From contig JAPLKZ010000010.1 in NCBI GenBank assembly GCA_026387835.1, positions 60,001 to 92,000 of the forward strand: DNA of 32,000 bases. The letters run 5' to 3'. Position numbers and translations under genes: made by a program. Positions 9,873 through 18,351 of the stretch are shown one piece after another; within the stretch, counting starts at the first letter, position 1; every line of letters begins with the position of its first letter. Origin of the DNA: Candidatus Saganbacteria bacterium (lineage in GTDB: Bacteria > Margulisbacteria > WOR-1 > JAKLHX01). The notes below the pieces were generated by a model, which saw only the letters and a program-made list of their open reading frames with translations, made no database searches and was not told the DNA's origin.

Positions 9873-10769
9873 TCACATCCGCCCGCTATCCTCTCCTATC
9901 CTGAAGCCGAACATCTGCGTATTTTTTGAATCCGGATTGATTATCACGGCATAATCCAAAGTGACATAAGGAAAAGTCGCGGTCGCTCCGGCGCTGTACC
10001 GGTCCTTTGTCCAGCCCCCGCGCACTATCAGGCCGTTCGTCAGTTTGAACTCCGCGCCGTAATGCATATAAATAGTGGCGCCCTTTTCTGATTTCAAGTC
10101 CCTGAACTCCGCGTCAACTGCCAATATGCTGTCTTTTGACGCGGCGGGGTTCATCGCCGCCCCTAATCTCACCGTCGAACTGACGGGGGCCGTATTTTTG
10201 ACAAGGTCCTGGAACAGTACCCCGACATTGATCTCCGCCATCAAAGGAGCTTTGATGCCCGCGTCAAGGGTCCAGCCTTTATCATCACCGCCGGCAAGCG
10301 ACCACGCGATGTTCTTGAACGTGACGCCCCACGATACTTTGTTGTTTCCCTTTGTCCCGAATGAAAAACCGGTGACCGAGACCTTTTGCCCGGTCTTGTC
10401 CCACCTGTTCCAGTTGGCAAAACCCGCCTGACTTGTAGCGACCGCGTAACAGTCATTGACGTCATAGGAATCGGTGTTCATGTCAAGATATCCCCGCGTA
10501 TATTGCGCCTTTGCATCCGAAAGGCCGGCGGGATTATAAAATATGGCGTCACTGTCATCGGCCACCGCGGTGAACGCGCCGCCCATGCCGATAGGCCGCA
10601 CTCCGAAACCGTCTTTTAGGACGGATTCAAGATAAGTATCGGCAAATGAAGGTTTAGATATAGATAGCAAGATCACTATAACAAAAAAACAAACGGACCT
10701 GAAATATTTTTCTTCTCTAACTGCGAACTGCGAATTACGAACTGCTTTTTTCGAGTTTGTCTTAATCAT
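9873..10769 (-). CDS. PorV/PorQ-like outer-membrane beta-barrel protein
   Basis: 298 aa; signal-peptide-like N-terminus, then GFGVRPIGMGGAFTAVADDSDAIFYNPAGLSDAKAQ, and a beta-barrel-like alternating pattern to the C-terminus. Confidence 0.65.
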   Translation of the reverse strand: MIKTNSKKAVRNSQFAVREEKYFRSVCFFVIVILLSISKPSFADTYLESVLKDGFGVRPIGMGGAFTAVADDSDAIFYNPAGLSDAKAQYTRGYLDMNTDSYDVNDCYAVATSQAGFANWNRWDKTGQKVSVTGFSFGTKGNNKVSWGVTFKNIAWSLAGGDDKGWTLDAGIKAPLMAEINVGVLFQDLVKNTAPVSSTVRLGAAMNPAASKDSILAVDAEFRDLKSEKGATIYMHYGAEFKLTNGLIVRGGWTKDRYSAGATATFPYVTLDYAVIINPDSKNTQMFGFRIGEDSGRM

Positions 10770-10792
10770 TTTCTATATTGTATACTATTAGC

Positions 10793-12238
10793 ATGTCCTC
10801 TTCAAACAAAAAAGTACGGGTCAGATTCGCCCCAAGCCCCACCGGTTATCTTCACGTCGGAGGGGCAAGGACCGCGCTTTATAACTGGCTGTTCGCAAGG
10901 AAGATGAAAGGTGATTTTATCCTCAGAATAGAGGACACCGACAAGGCCCGCTCCACCCAGGACGCCACGCAGGCGATACTCGACGGGCTCGAGTGGCTCG
11001 GAATGGACTGGGACGAAGGCCCTTTTTACCAGACAGAGAGGCTTGATATCTACCGAGAGTACGCGCAGAAGCTTCTTGAAGAAGGAAAAGCTTATTACTG
11101 TTTTTGCACCGGTGAAGAGCTTGCCGCCCAGAGAAAAGAAGCCCGGGAAAAAAAGGAAGCTCCCCGTTACAACGGAAAATGCAGGAAACTCACGGCCGAC
11201 GAGCAAAAGAAACTTATAGCCGGCGGAAAACCCGCTGTCCTGAGGTTCAAGACCCCGGTCGAAGGAACGACCATCGTCGATGATCTTATAAGAGGCCCCG
11301 TAAAATTCGAAAATGGCCTGCTTGATGATTTTGTGATACTTAAGACCGACACTTTTCCCACGTACAATTTCGCGGCGGTCATAGACGACCACTTGATGGA
11401 GATCACGCATGTTATCCGCGGCGACGACCATCTTTCAAATACCCCGCGGCAGATCCTTATGTACCGGGCTTTAGGGTTTGATCTGCCAAAGTTCGCCCAT
11501 ATCCCGATGATACTCGGAAAGGACAAAGCAAGGATGAGCAAGCGCCACGGCGCGACTTCGGTAATAGATTATAAAGGCCTGGGTTATCTGCCGGAAGCCA
11601 TGATCAACTATCTCGCGCGGCTCGGATGGGGCCACGCGGACCAGGAAATATTTTCAAGGGAAGAACTGATCGATCTGTTCACTCTTGAAAAGGTTAACAA
11701 GACTTCCGCGGTGTTCGACACTGACAAGCTTGACTGGCTGAACGCGCACTACATAAGGCAGTCGCTGCCGGAGAGGCTCATGGACCTCACAAGGCCTTTC
11801 CTTGAAAAGGCGTACCCTTCTTACACTGAACTGTCAAAAACAAAGGGAGGGATCGACCATATCAGAAAGATAATCGTCTGCCTGCAGGACAGGATGAAGA
11901 CGGTGAACGAGGTCGTAGCTCTCTCGGATTTCTTTTTCAGCGATGAATTGAAGTTCGATCCCGCGGCCGTGCAGAAACACCTTAAAGAAGAAGGGGTAGC
12001 GGACATCCTCTCAAGGCTGAAAGAAGGACTTTCAAAGGTCTCCCCTTTCACAAAAGATAACATCGAGCCCGTTTTCAGGAATTTAGCAAAAGAACTCGGC
12101 GTAAAGGCCGGAAAAGTGATCCACCCTGCGCGGGTCGCGCTCACCGGAAGGTCGGATTCCCCGCCGATGTTCGACACCGTCGAGATCATCGGGAAAGAGA
12201 CCTCGATAAAGAGACTTGAAGCCGCCCTCGCGAAATAA
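10793..12238 (+). CDS. gltX: Glutamyl-tRNA synthetase
   Basis: ORF 10778..12238; VRVRFAPSPTGYLHVGGARTALYNWLFARK (HIGH-type), MSKRHGATSVIDYKGLGYLPEAMINYLARLGW (KMSK-type). Start chosen at ATG 10793; 10778 is possible. Confidence 0.95.
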   Translation: MSSSNKKVRVRFAPSPTGYLHVGGARTALYNWLFARKMKGDFILRIEDTDKARSTQDATQAILDGLEWLGMDWDEGPFYQTERLDIYREYAQKLLEEGKAYYCFCTGEELAAQRKEAREKKEAPRYNGKCRKLTADEQKKLIAGGKPAVLRFKTPVEGTTIVDDLIRGPVKFENGLLDDFVILKTDTFPTYNFAAVIDDHLMEITHVIRGDDHLSNTPRQILMYRALGFDLPKFAHIPMILGKDKARMSKRHGATSVIDYKGLGYLPEAMINYLARLGWGHADQEIFSREELIDLFTLEKVNKTSAVFDTDKLDWLNAHYIRQSLPERLMDLTRPFLEKAYPSYTELSKTKGGIDHIRKIIVCLQDRMKTVNEVVALSDFFFSDELKFDPAAVQKHLKEEGVADILSRLKEGLSKVSPFTKDNIEPVFRNLAKELGVKAGKVIHPARVALTGRSDSPPMFDTVEIIGKETSIKRLEAALAK

Positions 12239-12304
12239 TCGTTCCGGACATTTTCCCTGAAATTTCCCGATAAATATACCGATAAATTATTAGAGGTAAT
12301 TTTT

Positions 12305-13684
12305 GTGGCTAACGTATGCGGTCTTGTCCCGCAAGGAATAAGCTTGTTTGAGAACAAAGCAAACACATCGTTGCGGCTGAGAGGATATAGAACCACTTTT
12401 CTATCCAGGCTTGTGGAGAATAATTTGGTCTTTTCCGAAAAAGCTTTGATGCGGGACCAGAGGTCCATAGGCCTGCGGAAATGGTTCCTGGAAAGCGGCT
12501 GCTCGTCATTTTCCGATGATGTCGCGGATGCGGCCAAGGCGGATGTCATTGTAGCGCAGCGGCCTTCCTCAAGAGATGTTGAAGAACAACTGTTTTACAG
12601 GAGTATTGTGAATGCGGCACGGTCTGAGTGTGTTTTTATCCATCCTATAAACAGTATAAATGTCAGGAATATGCTCAATTTTGTTTTCCCTTACGACAAA
12701 AAAGCCGGAGAAAATAAATATCTATCGGTCACCGAATGTGACTCGCAAGTCTCAAGGGTCAGATTCGACGAAATGCAGCAAAACACGGCAATATCGGCAG
12801 CTATGGCCGAAACACCTCCCTCGGGCTTTATCTTCGCGGAGAGATTTAACCTTGCGCTTTTGAACCCGGGCGGAATAATATCTGCACTTGAGGACCCAAA
12901 TCTGAACCGATTATTCGAGGAGGCAGGAGCAAATGCAGGCGGGACCGCTATATGTTTCAGCCCTCACGCTGACGACTTTCCTATAGCGGCGGCAGGATTA
13001 GGGATGCATCTGCGATCCAAAGGCTGGAATGTCTTTGATCTTGTGCTCACGCTTGGCCATATGGGGATACTCGATGATTACGCAAAAAGACATGAGGAGA
13101 CATCGGACAGAGACCTGATGGCCACAAAATTGAGGATCAGGACTGAAGAACTTGAAAGATCGGATAAGCTTCTGGGAATAAACGGCTGGAAGCTTCTCAG
13201 CCTCGGATTTTATGACCGGAGAAAAACCGACGGCCCTGACATTGGCAGACGCGTCGTATTCTCAGAAGATGAAGAACAAGCAAGTAAAGCTGTTGACAGT
13301 TTCTCGCGCACGGTTAACCTTGCATTTATACCGCATCAGGCGGACATGAACTGGGACCACATCGCCACTAGAAATATCTCTTTAAAGATCCTCAGCCGGG
13401 TTGCTAGCCGGCAGGGCCATCCGATAGTCCTTGCTTCGTATCCGTCCCCGTGGTTCACCGGATATCCTCCAATAAACTCTCTTCTTTATTATCGGGCGGA
13501 CAACGATTTCGCCGGGATGTATCCCTCGGCTTATTACGCGCAGCTCGCCCTCGCTGAAGCGGGCAGGGAATTAGCGGCGGGGCTGAATCCGCCGCCGCTA
13601 GAATATTTTTGTGAAGCACAGCCCAACGCGGGCCGCGTGATGGCAGAGGGCTTTTATATCGCGACCGCAGAGGCATTAAGATGA
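12305..13684 (+). CDS. Two-part protein: uncharacterised N-terminal half plus PIG-L/LmbE-like deacetylase C-terminal half
   Basis: 459 aa, GTG start. The C-terminal half has a zinc-site-like motif FSPHADDFPIAAAG (canonical AHPDD) and PHQADMNWDHIATRN (canonical PxDxxxDH), with TLGHMG and EELERSDKLLGI between. The N-terminal ~215 aa match no family I recognise. Confidence 0.7.
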   Translation: MANVCGLVPQGISLFENKANTSLRLRGYRTTFLSRLVENNLVFSEKALMRDQRSIGLRKWFLESGCSSFSDDVADAAKADVIVAQRPSSRDVEEQLFYRSIVNAARSECVFIHPINSINVRNMLNFVFPYDKKAGENKYLSVTECDSQVSRVRFDEMQQNTAISAAMAETPPSGFIFAERFNLALLNPGGIISALEDPNLNRLFEEAGANAGGTAICFSPHADDFPIAAAGLGMHLRSKGWNVFDLVLTLGHMGILDDYAKRHEETSDRDLMATKLRIRTEELERSDKLLGINGWKLLSLGFYDRRKTDGPDIGRRVVFSEDEEQASKAVDSFSRTVNLAFIPHQADMNWDHIATRNISLKILSRVASRQGHPIVLASYPSPWFTGYPPINSLLYYRADNDFAGMYPSAYYAQLALAEAGRELAAGLNPPPLEYFCEAQPNAGRVMAEGFYIATAEALR

Positions 13685-13761
13685 GAAAGGTAATATTCAA
13701 AAATGAAAGGAGGGGTTTTTGATCGTCCGGTTCCAAAATATTTACAAGGAGGAAATAAATA

Positions 13762-14679
13762 ATGTCTGCAAAAATTTCGCTTATTCAGGAGGGTTTTCCG
13801 GTAAGTCCGGCTTTAAAACCTCAGCTTAAATGTTTGAGAATGAACGGGATGAACGTTGTCATTGCACCCAACAGAAGGGTGATGGGAGAGGCGGCAGCTT
13901 TTGCTCTTCAACATTTTGTAGACCTTCATCTGACCAGACACGTCTCATGGGCGGGAATCTTTGCCGCAGCGCCTTCACAGGATGATGTGTACAGTTCGCT
14001 TGTCGGAAACAAGGCATTCCCTTGGGGTTCCATGAGAGCCGCGTTCCAGATGGACGAGTACGCGACACTTCCGCCGACCGATAAAAAAAGCTTCAGATGG
14101 TACCATAATACCCATCTATGGGGGGAACTGTCATCACAAGGAAGAGCGATCGATCCTGCAAAGATATCCCAAATCAAAGGAGAGAATCCGGACCCGTCAT
14201 CGATGGCAAGAATTTATGCGTCCTTGCTAAAAAGTTCCCGTCCCGAGTTCGTGCAGGGCGGTTTCGGAGAAGTGAACGCACACATCGCTTTCAACGATCC
14301 TCCACTTGCAAAGTTCGAGGATCCGGAACTGGTGAAGGTCATTGACATCGCGCCTGAAGCAAAAGCCCAGCAGGTGGCCGAGGGACATTATAAAAGACCC
14401 GAAGATGTTCCTCTGGCGTTGACCCTGACCATACCGGCCCTGACGCGCGGGATAAAATACTGGTCGTGCGTCGTCCCTACAGAAAGAAAGGCACTGGCTG
14501 TGCGTAACGCATTATTTGAACCGGTTTCTGAAAAATTCCCTGGCAGTATTCTAAGACTTGCGGGAACATCCCGGTACGAACTCGAAAGGATGACATCATG
14601 CCTGTTCCTTGAACCCGGCTCGGCAAGCTTGATAAAGGATGATGTCGATGCTTTTTATAGGACCGTTGTAGCACAATAA
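13762..14679 (+). CDS. NagB/RpiA-fold glucosamine-6-phosphate deaminase-like protein (divergent)
   Basis: 305 aa; AAFQMDEYATLPPTDKKSFRWYHNTHLW (canonical NMDEYVGLP...S), GGFGEVNAHIAFNDPP (canonical GxGxDGHIAFNEP), LALTLTIPALTRGIKYWSCVVPTERKALAVRNALF. RBS AGGAGG. Confidence 0.7.
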   Translation: MSAKISLIQEGFPVSPALKPQLKCLRMNGMNVVIAPNRRVMGEAAAFALQHFVDLHLTRHVSWAGIFAAAPSQDDVYSSLVGNKAFPWGSMRAAFQMDEYATLPPTDKKSFRWYHNTHLWGELSSQGRAIDPAKISQIKGENPDPSSMARIYASLLKSSRPEFVQGGFGEVNAHIAFNDPPLAKFEDPELVKVIDIAPEAKAQQVAEGHYKRPEDVPLALTLTIPALTRGIKYWSCVVPTERKALAVRNALFEPVSEKFPGSILRLAGTSRYELERMTSCLFLEPGSASLIKDDVDAFYRTVVAQ

Positions 14680-14703
14680 GACCGGCAGCTAGTCGATAGA
14701 TAT

Positions 14704-15423
14704 TTGAGAAGATTAAAAGGAGTATTTACTATGTCAATAGTCGATTTCGGGAGACCGATCGGAAGACTCGATAAAACTGATTCAAGACACCGTTTCACTC
14801 CGTCTCGTGAAGGGCCTATAGCGGCTGCAGTGTTAAAAAAAACAAACATATTGACATATAACGCAGCTCTTCCTGACAAAATAACAATAAGATGTATAAC
14901 CGGAAATGAGCATTTAATGTTGCCAAGGGAAGAAGCCGTTCCGATCACAGCCACAGGGGTTGATTTTCTCTCGGCTTTTGATATCGCGGAAGTGACAGTC
15001 GACGCACTGAACCACCCGGAGGTAGTCGGCTTTGCAAAAATAGCGCTTCACTTGTTCGCTAACAATTATGAGACTATTTGTCATGCGCTGGATCCGGATA
15101 CGACTATTGCAGGGATTTTCCGGCCATATTCAAATGTTACTACTCCGGAATACGCTATGACATTGCCTAAGTGGTTTTCTCCCAGGCTTAACGGCGAAGG
15201 AGCAATACTTATGACCGGGAAGCCGTTGGGAGCAGGGGAATTCAATACCAAAGGTCAAAAAGTCATCGGCCTGTTTGCTCAACTCGGGCTTACAATTCCG
15301 CCGGAAGATTCGATATGGTTAAGTTGGTTCCGGTTGTGGGACGATGGTGCTGCACATCAGGCAACTTTCGGGATTCCTTTCCCTTTGCTCACGGCTTATA
15401 AGCAACAGAAAATGGGCCAGTAG
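14704..15423 (+). CDS. Hypothetical protein, 239 aa
   Basis: Intact ORF 24 nt after the NagB-like gene, same strand, apparent co-transcription; no family recognised. Confidence 0.7.
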   Translation: MRRLKGVFTMSIVDFGRPIGRLDKTDSRHRFTPSREGPIAAAVLKKTNILTYNAALPDKITIRCITGNEHLMLPREEAVPITATGVDFLSAFDIAEVTVDALNHPEVVGFAKIALHLFANNYETICHALDPDTTIAGIFRPYSNVTTPEYAMTLPKWFSPRLNGEGAILMTGKPLGAGEFNTKGQKVIGLFAQLGLTIPPEDSIWLSWFRLWDDGAAHQATFGIPFPLLTAYKQQKMGQ

Positions 15424-15432
15424 CTGACCGGT

Positions 15433-16278
15433 CTATTTATTGGAAATATACCCGATGATCTTATAGATGAGTTTCGCGATCGTATATTCGCAGTGATGCA
15501 AATTCGGCTTTGGCGAGAGCTCCACGACATCAAACCCGATAATATTCTTGGCGGAAATAACCGTTCTTAAAATATTCAGGACCTGATACCAGTTAAGCCC
15601 TCCGGGCTCCGGGGTCCCGGTCGCCGGCATTATGGACGGGTCAAAAGCATCGACATCGAAAGTGATGTACACATCATTCGTAAGCTGTTTCGCGAGAGAA
15701 TTTATCTTTGAGTCATCAAAACTATGCGCATAATAGACGTTGCCGTTAAGTCCGTTGTCTTTTAAATATTTTATCTCGTCTATGTCCGCGCTCCTGATGC
15801 CGACCTGCACTGCGGGACACATTTCCCTCACTCTTCTCATTATGCACGCGTGACTATATTTTGACCCGCGGTAAGAATCCCGCAGGTCCGCATGCGCATC
15901 GAACTGGAGGACGCTAAGATCATCGCAAGCTTCTTTTGCCGCTTTTATTGCCCCGTAACTGACCGAATGTTCCCCGCCTAATAGGACCGGGATCTTTTTA
16001 TCGGACAATACTTTTTTTACTGTTTTGTAGACCGTGTTATGAGGATCTTTAGTCAGGACCAGCGGAGAGAGGACGCTGATACCGTATTTTTTATAGGGCT
16101 CGCACCCCAGCTCGATATCGTAGTCTTCAACTGTCTGGGAAGCTTTCAGTATCGCCGAAGGTCCTTTCCTGGTGCCTTTGCCGTAAGTAGTCGTGGCTTC
16201 ATAAGGAGCGGGGATGATAATAAATTTGGAAGAAGAATATTTGCTGAACTCAGGTTCTATTTCCAGGAACCTTTTCAA
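15433..16278 (-). CDS. speB: Agmatinase / ureohydrolase (arginase family)
   Basis: 281 aa; LLGGEHSVSYGAIKA, VLQFDAHADLRDSY, SHACIMRRV, VYITFDVDAFDPSIMPATGTPEPGGL. Confidence 0.93.
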   Translation of the reverse strand: MKRFLEIEPEFSKYSSSKFIIIPAPYEATTTYGKGTRKGPSAILKASQTVEDYDIELGCEPYKKYGISVLSPLVLTKDPHNTVYKTVKKVLSDKKIPVLLGGEHSVSYGAIKAAKEACDDLSVLQFDAHADLRDSYRGSKYSHACIMRRVREMCPAVQVGIRSADIDEIKYLKDNGLNGNVYYAHSFDDSKINSLAKQLTNDVYITFDVDAFDPSIMPATGTPEPGGLNWYQVLNILRTVISAKNIIGFDVVELSPKPNLHHCEYTIAKLIYKIIGYISNK

Positions 16279-16739
16279 TGATAGACTCTCGGCTGCACCT
16301 GCTTCACGTCTCTTCTTTCCTTTGAAACGATCTCGGCTGCTTTCTGGATGTTCCTGGGGAACTCCATACCGCGGGACGACAGCTGCACGTCGTAGTTGGC
16401 GGCCTCGAAAAGGTCGATCATGAAAGCGGTCGCCGGCGCCGTGTCAAAGTCCTTGCAGGAGAAGATATCGATGAAAGCGTGCTGTTTTTCAGGGAAGGTG
16501 TGTATCGTTATATGGCTTTCCGCTATCAGGACCACCCCGGAGATGCCGTAATCCTCGGGCACCACGCCCTGATACTTGAAAACGTAAGGCGGCATTATCT
16601 TGGTCATTTTGATCGTATCGGGGAATTTGTCGAGCGTGTCGAATATCAGGTCCATATCGGAGAGTTTTTCTTTGTTGCATCCGTAGCAGTCTATCATCAG
16701 GTGCGGACCGAACCCGTACTGGACTTTATCTTTTTTCAA
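16275..16739 (-). CDS. speD: S-adenosylmethionine decarboxylase proenzyme
   Basis: 154 aa; GVVLIAESHITIHTFPEKQHAFIDIFSCKDFDT contains the conserved ESH processing site; overlaps speB by 4 nt. Confidence 0.93.
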   Translation of the reverse strand: MKKDKVQYGFGPHLMIDCYGCNKEKLSDMDLIFDTLDKFPDTIKMTKIMPPYVFKYQGVVPEDYGISGVVLIAESHITIHTFPEKQHAFIDIFSCKDFDTAPATAFMIDLFEAANYDVQLSSRGMEFPRNIQKAAEIVSKERRDVKQVQPRVYH

Positions 16740-16783
16740 CTTGTTCTCTCACTTCCTTTATATATAAATATGTCTACAAAATT

Positions 16784-16811
16784 ATTCTAAACTAACCAGT
16801 ACGATTGTCAA
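16784..16811 (-). promoter_or_regulatory. Candidate promoter for speD-speB
   Basis: Minus strand TTGACA (16811-16806) - 16 nt - TAGAAT (16789-16784). Confidence 0.55.
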
Positions 16812-16836
16812 GCGGTTTTTTGCGTATTCATACAAT

Positions 16837-16865
16837 TTGAAAAAAAAATCCCGTTATGGTATTCT
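16837..16865 (+). promoter_or_regulatory. Candidate promoter for the S1-domain gene
   Basis: TTGAAA (16837-16842) - 17 nt - TATTCT (16860-16865), ATG at 16882. Confidence 0.5.
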
Positions 16866-16881
16866 GAAAACAGAGTGATTT

Positions 16882-18351
16882 ATGGAAGATGACCAAAAAA
16901 ACGGCAGCTCATTCACGCCTCCCGGTCTCGAGGGCACTTCGATCGGTTCCCTGAGCTCAAGGGAAGGCCTTAACGAGCTGGACGCTCTTATAGCGGAGAC
17001 CCTCAGCGAATCAAAGACAAAGGAAAGGCCCGCTTCGGCTCAGAAAGAAAGCGCCTTCGCGGCAACTCCTTTCACCATAAAACCCGCCGCCCCAAAACCC
17101 GAGTTGCAGCCCAAAGAAGAGCAGACGGTCATGAAACCTTCACAGGAGCCGGCCGCTGCCGTTAAAGAAATAAAGGCGGCGCCGCAGGCCGAGACCACAA
17201 AAGACCGCTATGACAAGACCTTCAAGACATATAATTCAGGCGATATTGTCAAAGGCACCGTTGTCAAGATCGATCCAACCGGCATCCTTGTCGATATCAA
17301 TTACAAATCCGACGGTCTCATCCCGAGCCACGAGATCGGCGACAGGGCCCTTAACGTGGGAGACAAGATCGACGTGCTCATCGACGCGGTATCGACAAAA
17401 GAGGGGCACGTGCTGCTCTCTCTCAAGAAAGCGGAAATAGAAGGCAAATGGAGGGCTCTGTACGATTCATTCAGGTTCAAGACCGCTCTTGAGGTCAAGG
17501 TCACTTCGGCGGTCGGCGGCGGCCTGGTGGTGGATTTTTCGGGTATAAGAGGTTTTGTCCCGGCATCGCAGGTCTTTAAAGGGCCGGACACTCCCCTTTC
17601 GGATTTTGTCGGAAAGATCATTCCGGTAAAAGTCTTAGAGATCGACCGCAGGTGCAGCAAGATCATAATGTCTCACCGGCTCGGCAACCAGGAAAGGCAA
17701 AAAGTCGACAGGGAAAAACTGTTCGACCAGATAGAGATCGGCCAGGTCCTCAAAGGTACCGTCTCAAATATAAAAAAGTTCGGCGCGTTCGTGAACATCA
17801 ACGGCATCGAAGGCCTTGTCCATATCAACGACCTCTCATGGAAACGGATCGACGACCCGTCGAAGGTCCTCTCTCCGGGACAGGAGATAGAGGTCTTTGT
17901 GATAGGCGTCGACAGGCAGTATAAAAAATTATCCCTGGGATTAAAACAGCTCCAGCCGGACCCCTGGGCGAACGCCGCTGACAAGTACCGGCCGGGACAG
18001 TTGATCGAAGTTAAGGTACTGAGATTTGCCAAGTTCGGCGCTTTTGTGGAGATCGAAGAAGGGATCGAAGGCCTGATACATAACACCGAGCTTACCTCCA
18101 AGAATGTGCAGAACCCGCAGGAAACGGTAAAGACAGGCGATATTGTCAAGGCAAAGGTGCTGCGCATCTCGCCCGACGAACAAAAAATTGGACTGTCTAT
18201 AAGAGAAGCGGAGATCGACGAAGAAAAAGCACAGGTAAAACAGGCGCAGCCCGCCGCTAACGGACCTAAGATAACTATAGGCGATACCGTAAGCGAAGAT
18301 ATCAAAGAACAGCTGGCAAATCAAAACAATGGACTTCCTGAACAGGCTTGA
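16882..18351 (+). CDS. rpsA: 30S ribosomal protein S1 / multi-S1-domain RNA-binding protein
   Basis: 489 aa; low-complexity N-terminus then four S1-like repeats (GDIVKGTVVKIDPTGILVDINYKSDGLIPSHEI; LEVKVTSAVGGGLVVDFSGIRGFVPASQV; GQVLKGTVSNIKKFGAFVNINGIEGLVHINDLSW; GQLIEVKVLRFAKFGAFVEIEEGIEGLIHNTEL). Confidence 0.88.
   Translation: MEDDQKNGSSFTPPGLEGTSIGSLSSREGLNELDALIAETLSESKTKERPASAQKESAFAATPFTIKPAAPKPELQPKEEQTVMKPSQEPAAAVKEIKAAPQAETTKDRYDKTFKTYNSGDIVKGTVVKIDPTGILVDINYKSDGLIPSHEIGDRALNVGDKIDVLIDAVSTKEGHVLLSLKKAEIEGKWRALYDSFRFKTALEVKVTSAVGGGLVVDFSGIRGFVPASQVFKGPDTPLSDFVGKIIPVKVLEIDRRCSKIIMSHRLGNQERQKVDREKLFDQIEIGQVLKGTVSNIKKFGAFVNINGIEGLVHINDLSWKRIDDPSKVLSPGQEIEVFVIGVDRQYKKLSLGLKQLQPDPWANAADKYRPGQLIEVKVLRFAKFGAFVEIEEGIEGLIHNTELTSKNVQNPQETVKTGDIVKAKVLRISPDEQKIGLSIREAEIDEEKAQVKQAQPAANGPKITIGDTVSEDIKEQLANQNNGLPEQA

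Noticed and set aside
16882-18305. Long antisense ORFs (e.g. 17673-18305, 17301-17666) under the S1-domain gene
   Set aside because: Shadow ORFs opposite a well-supported multi-S1-domain protein; compositionally biased and without recognisable motifs.
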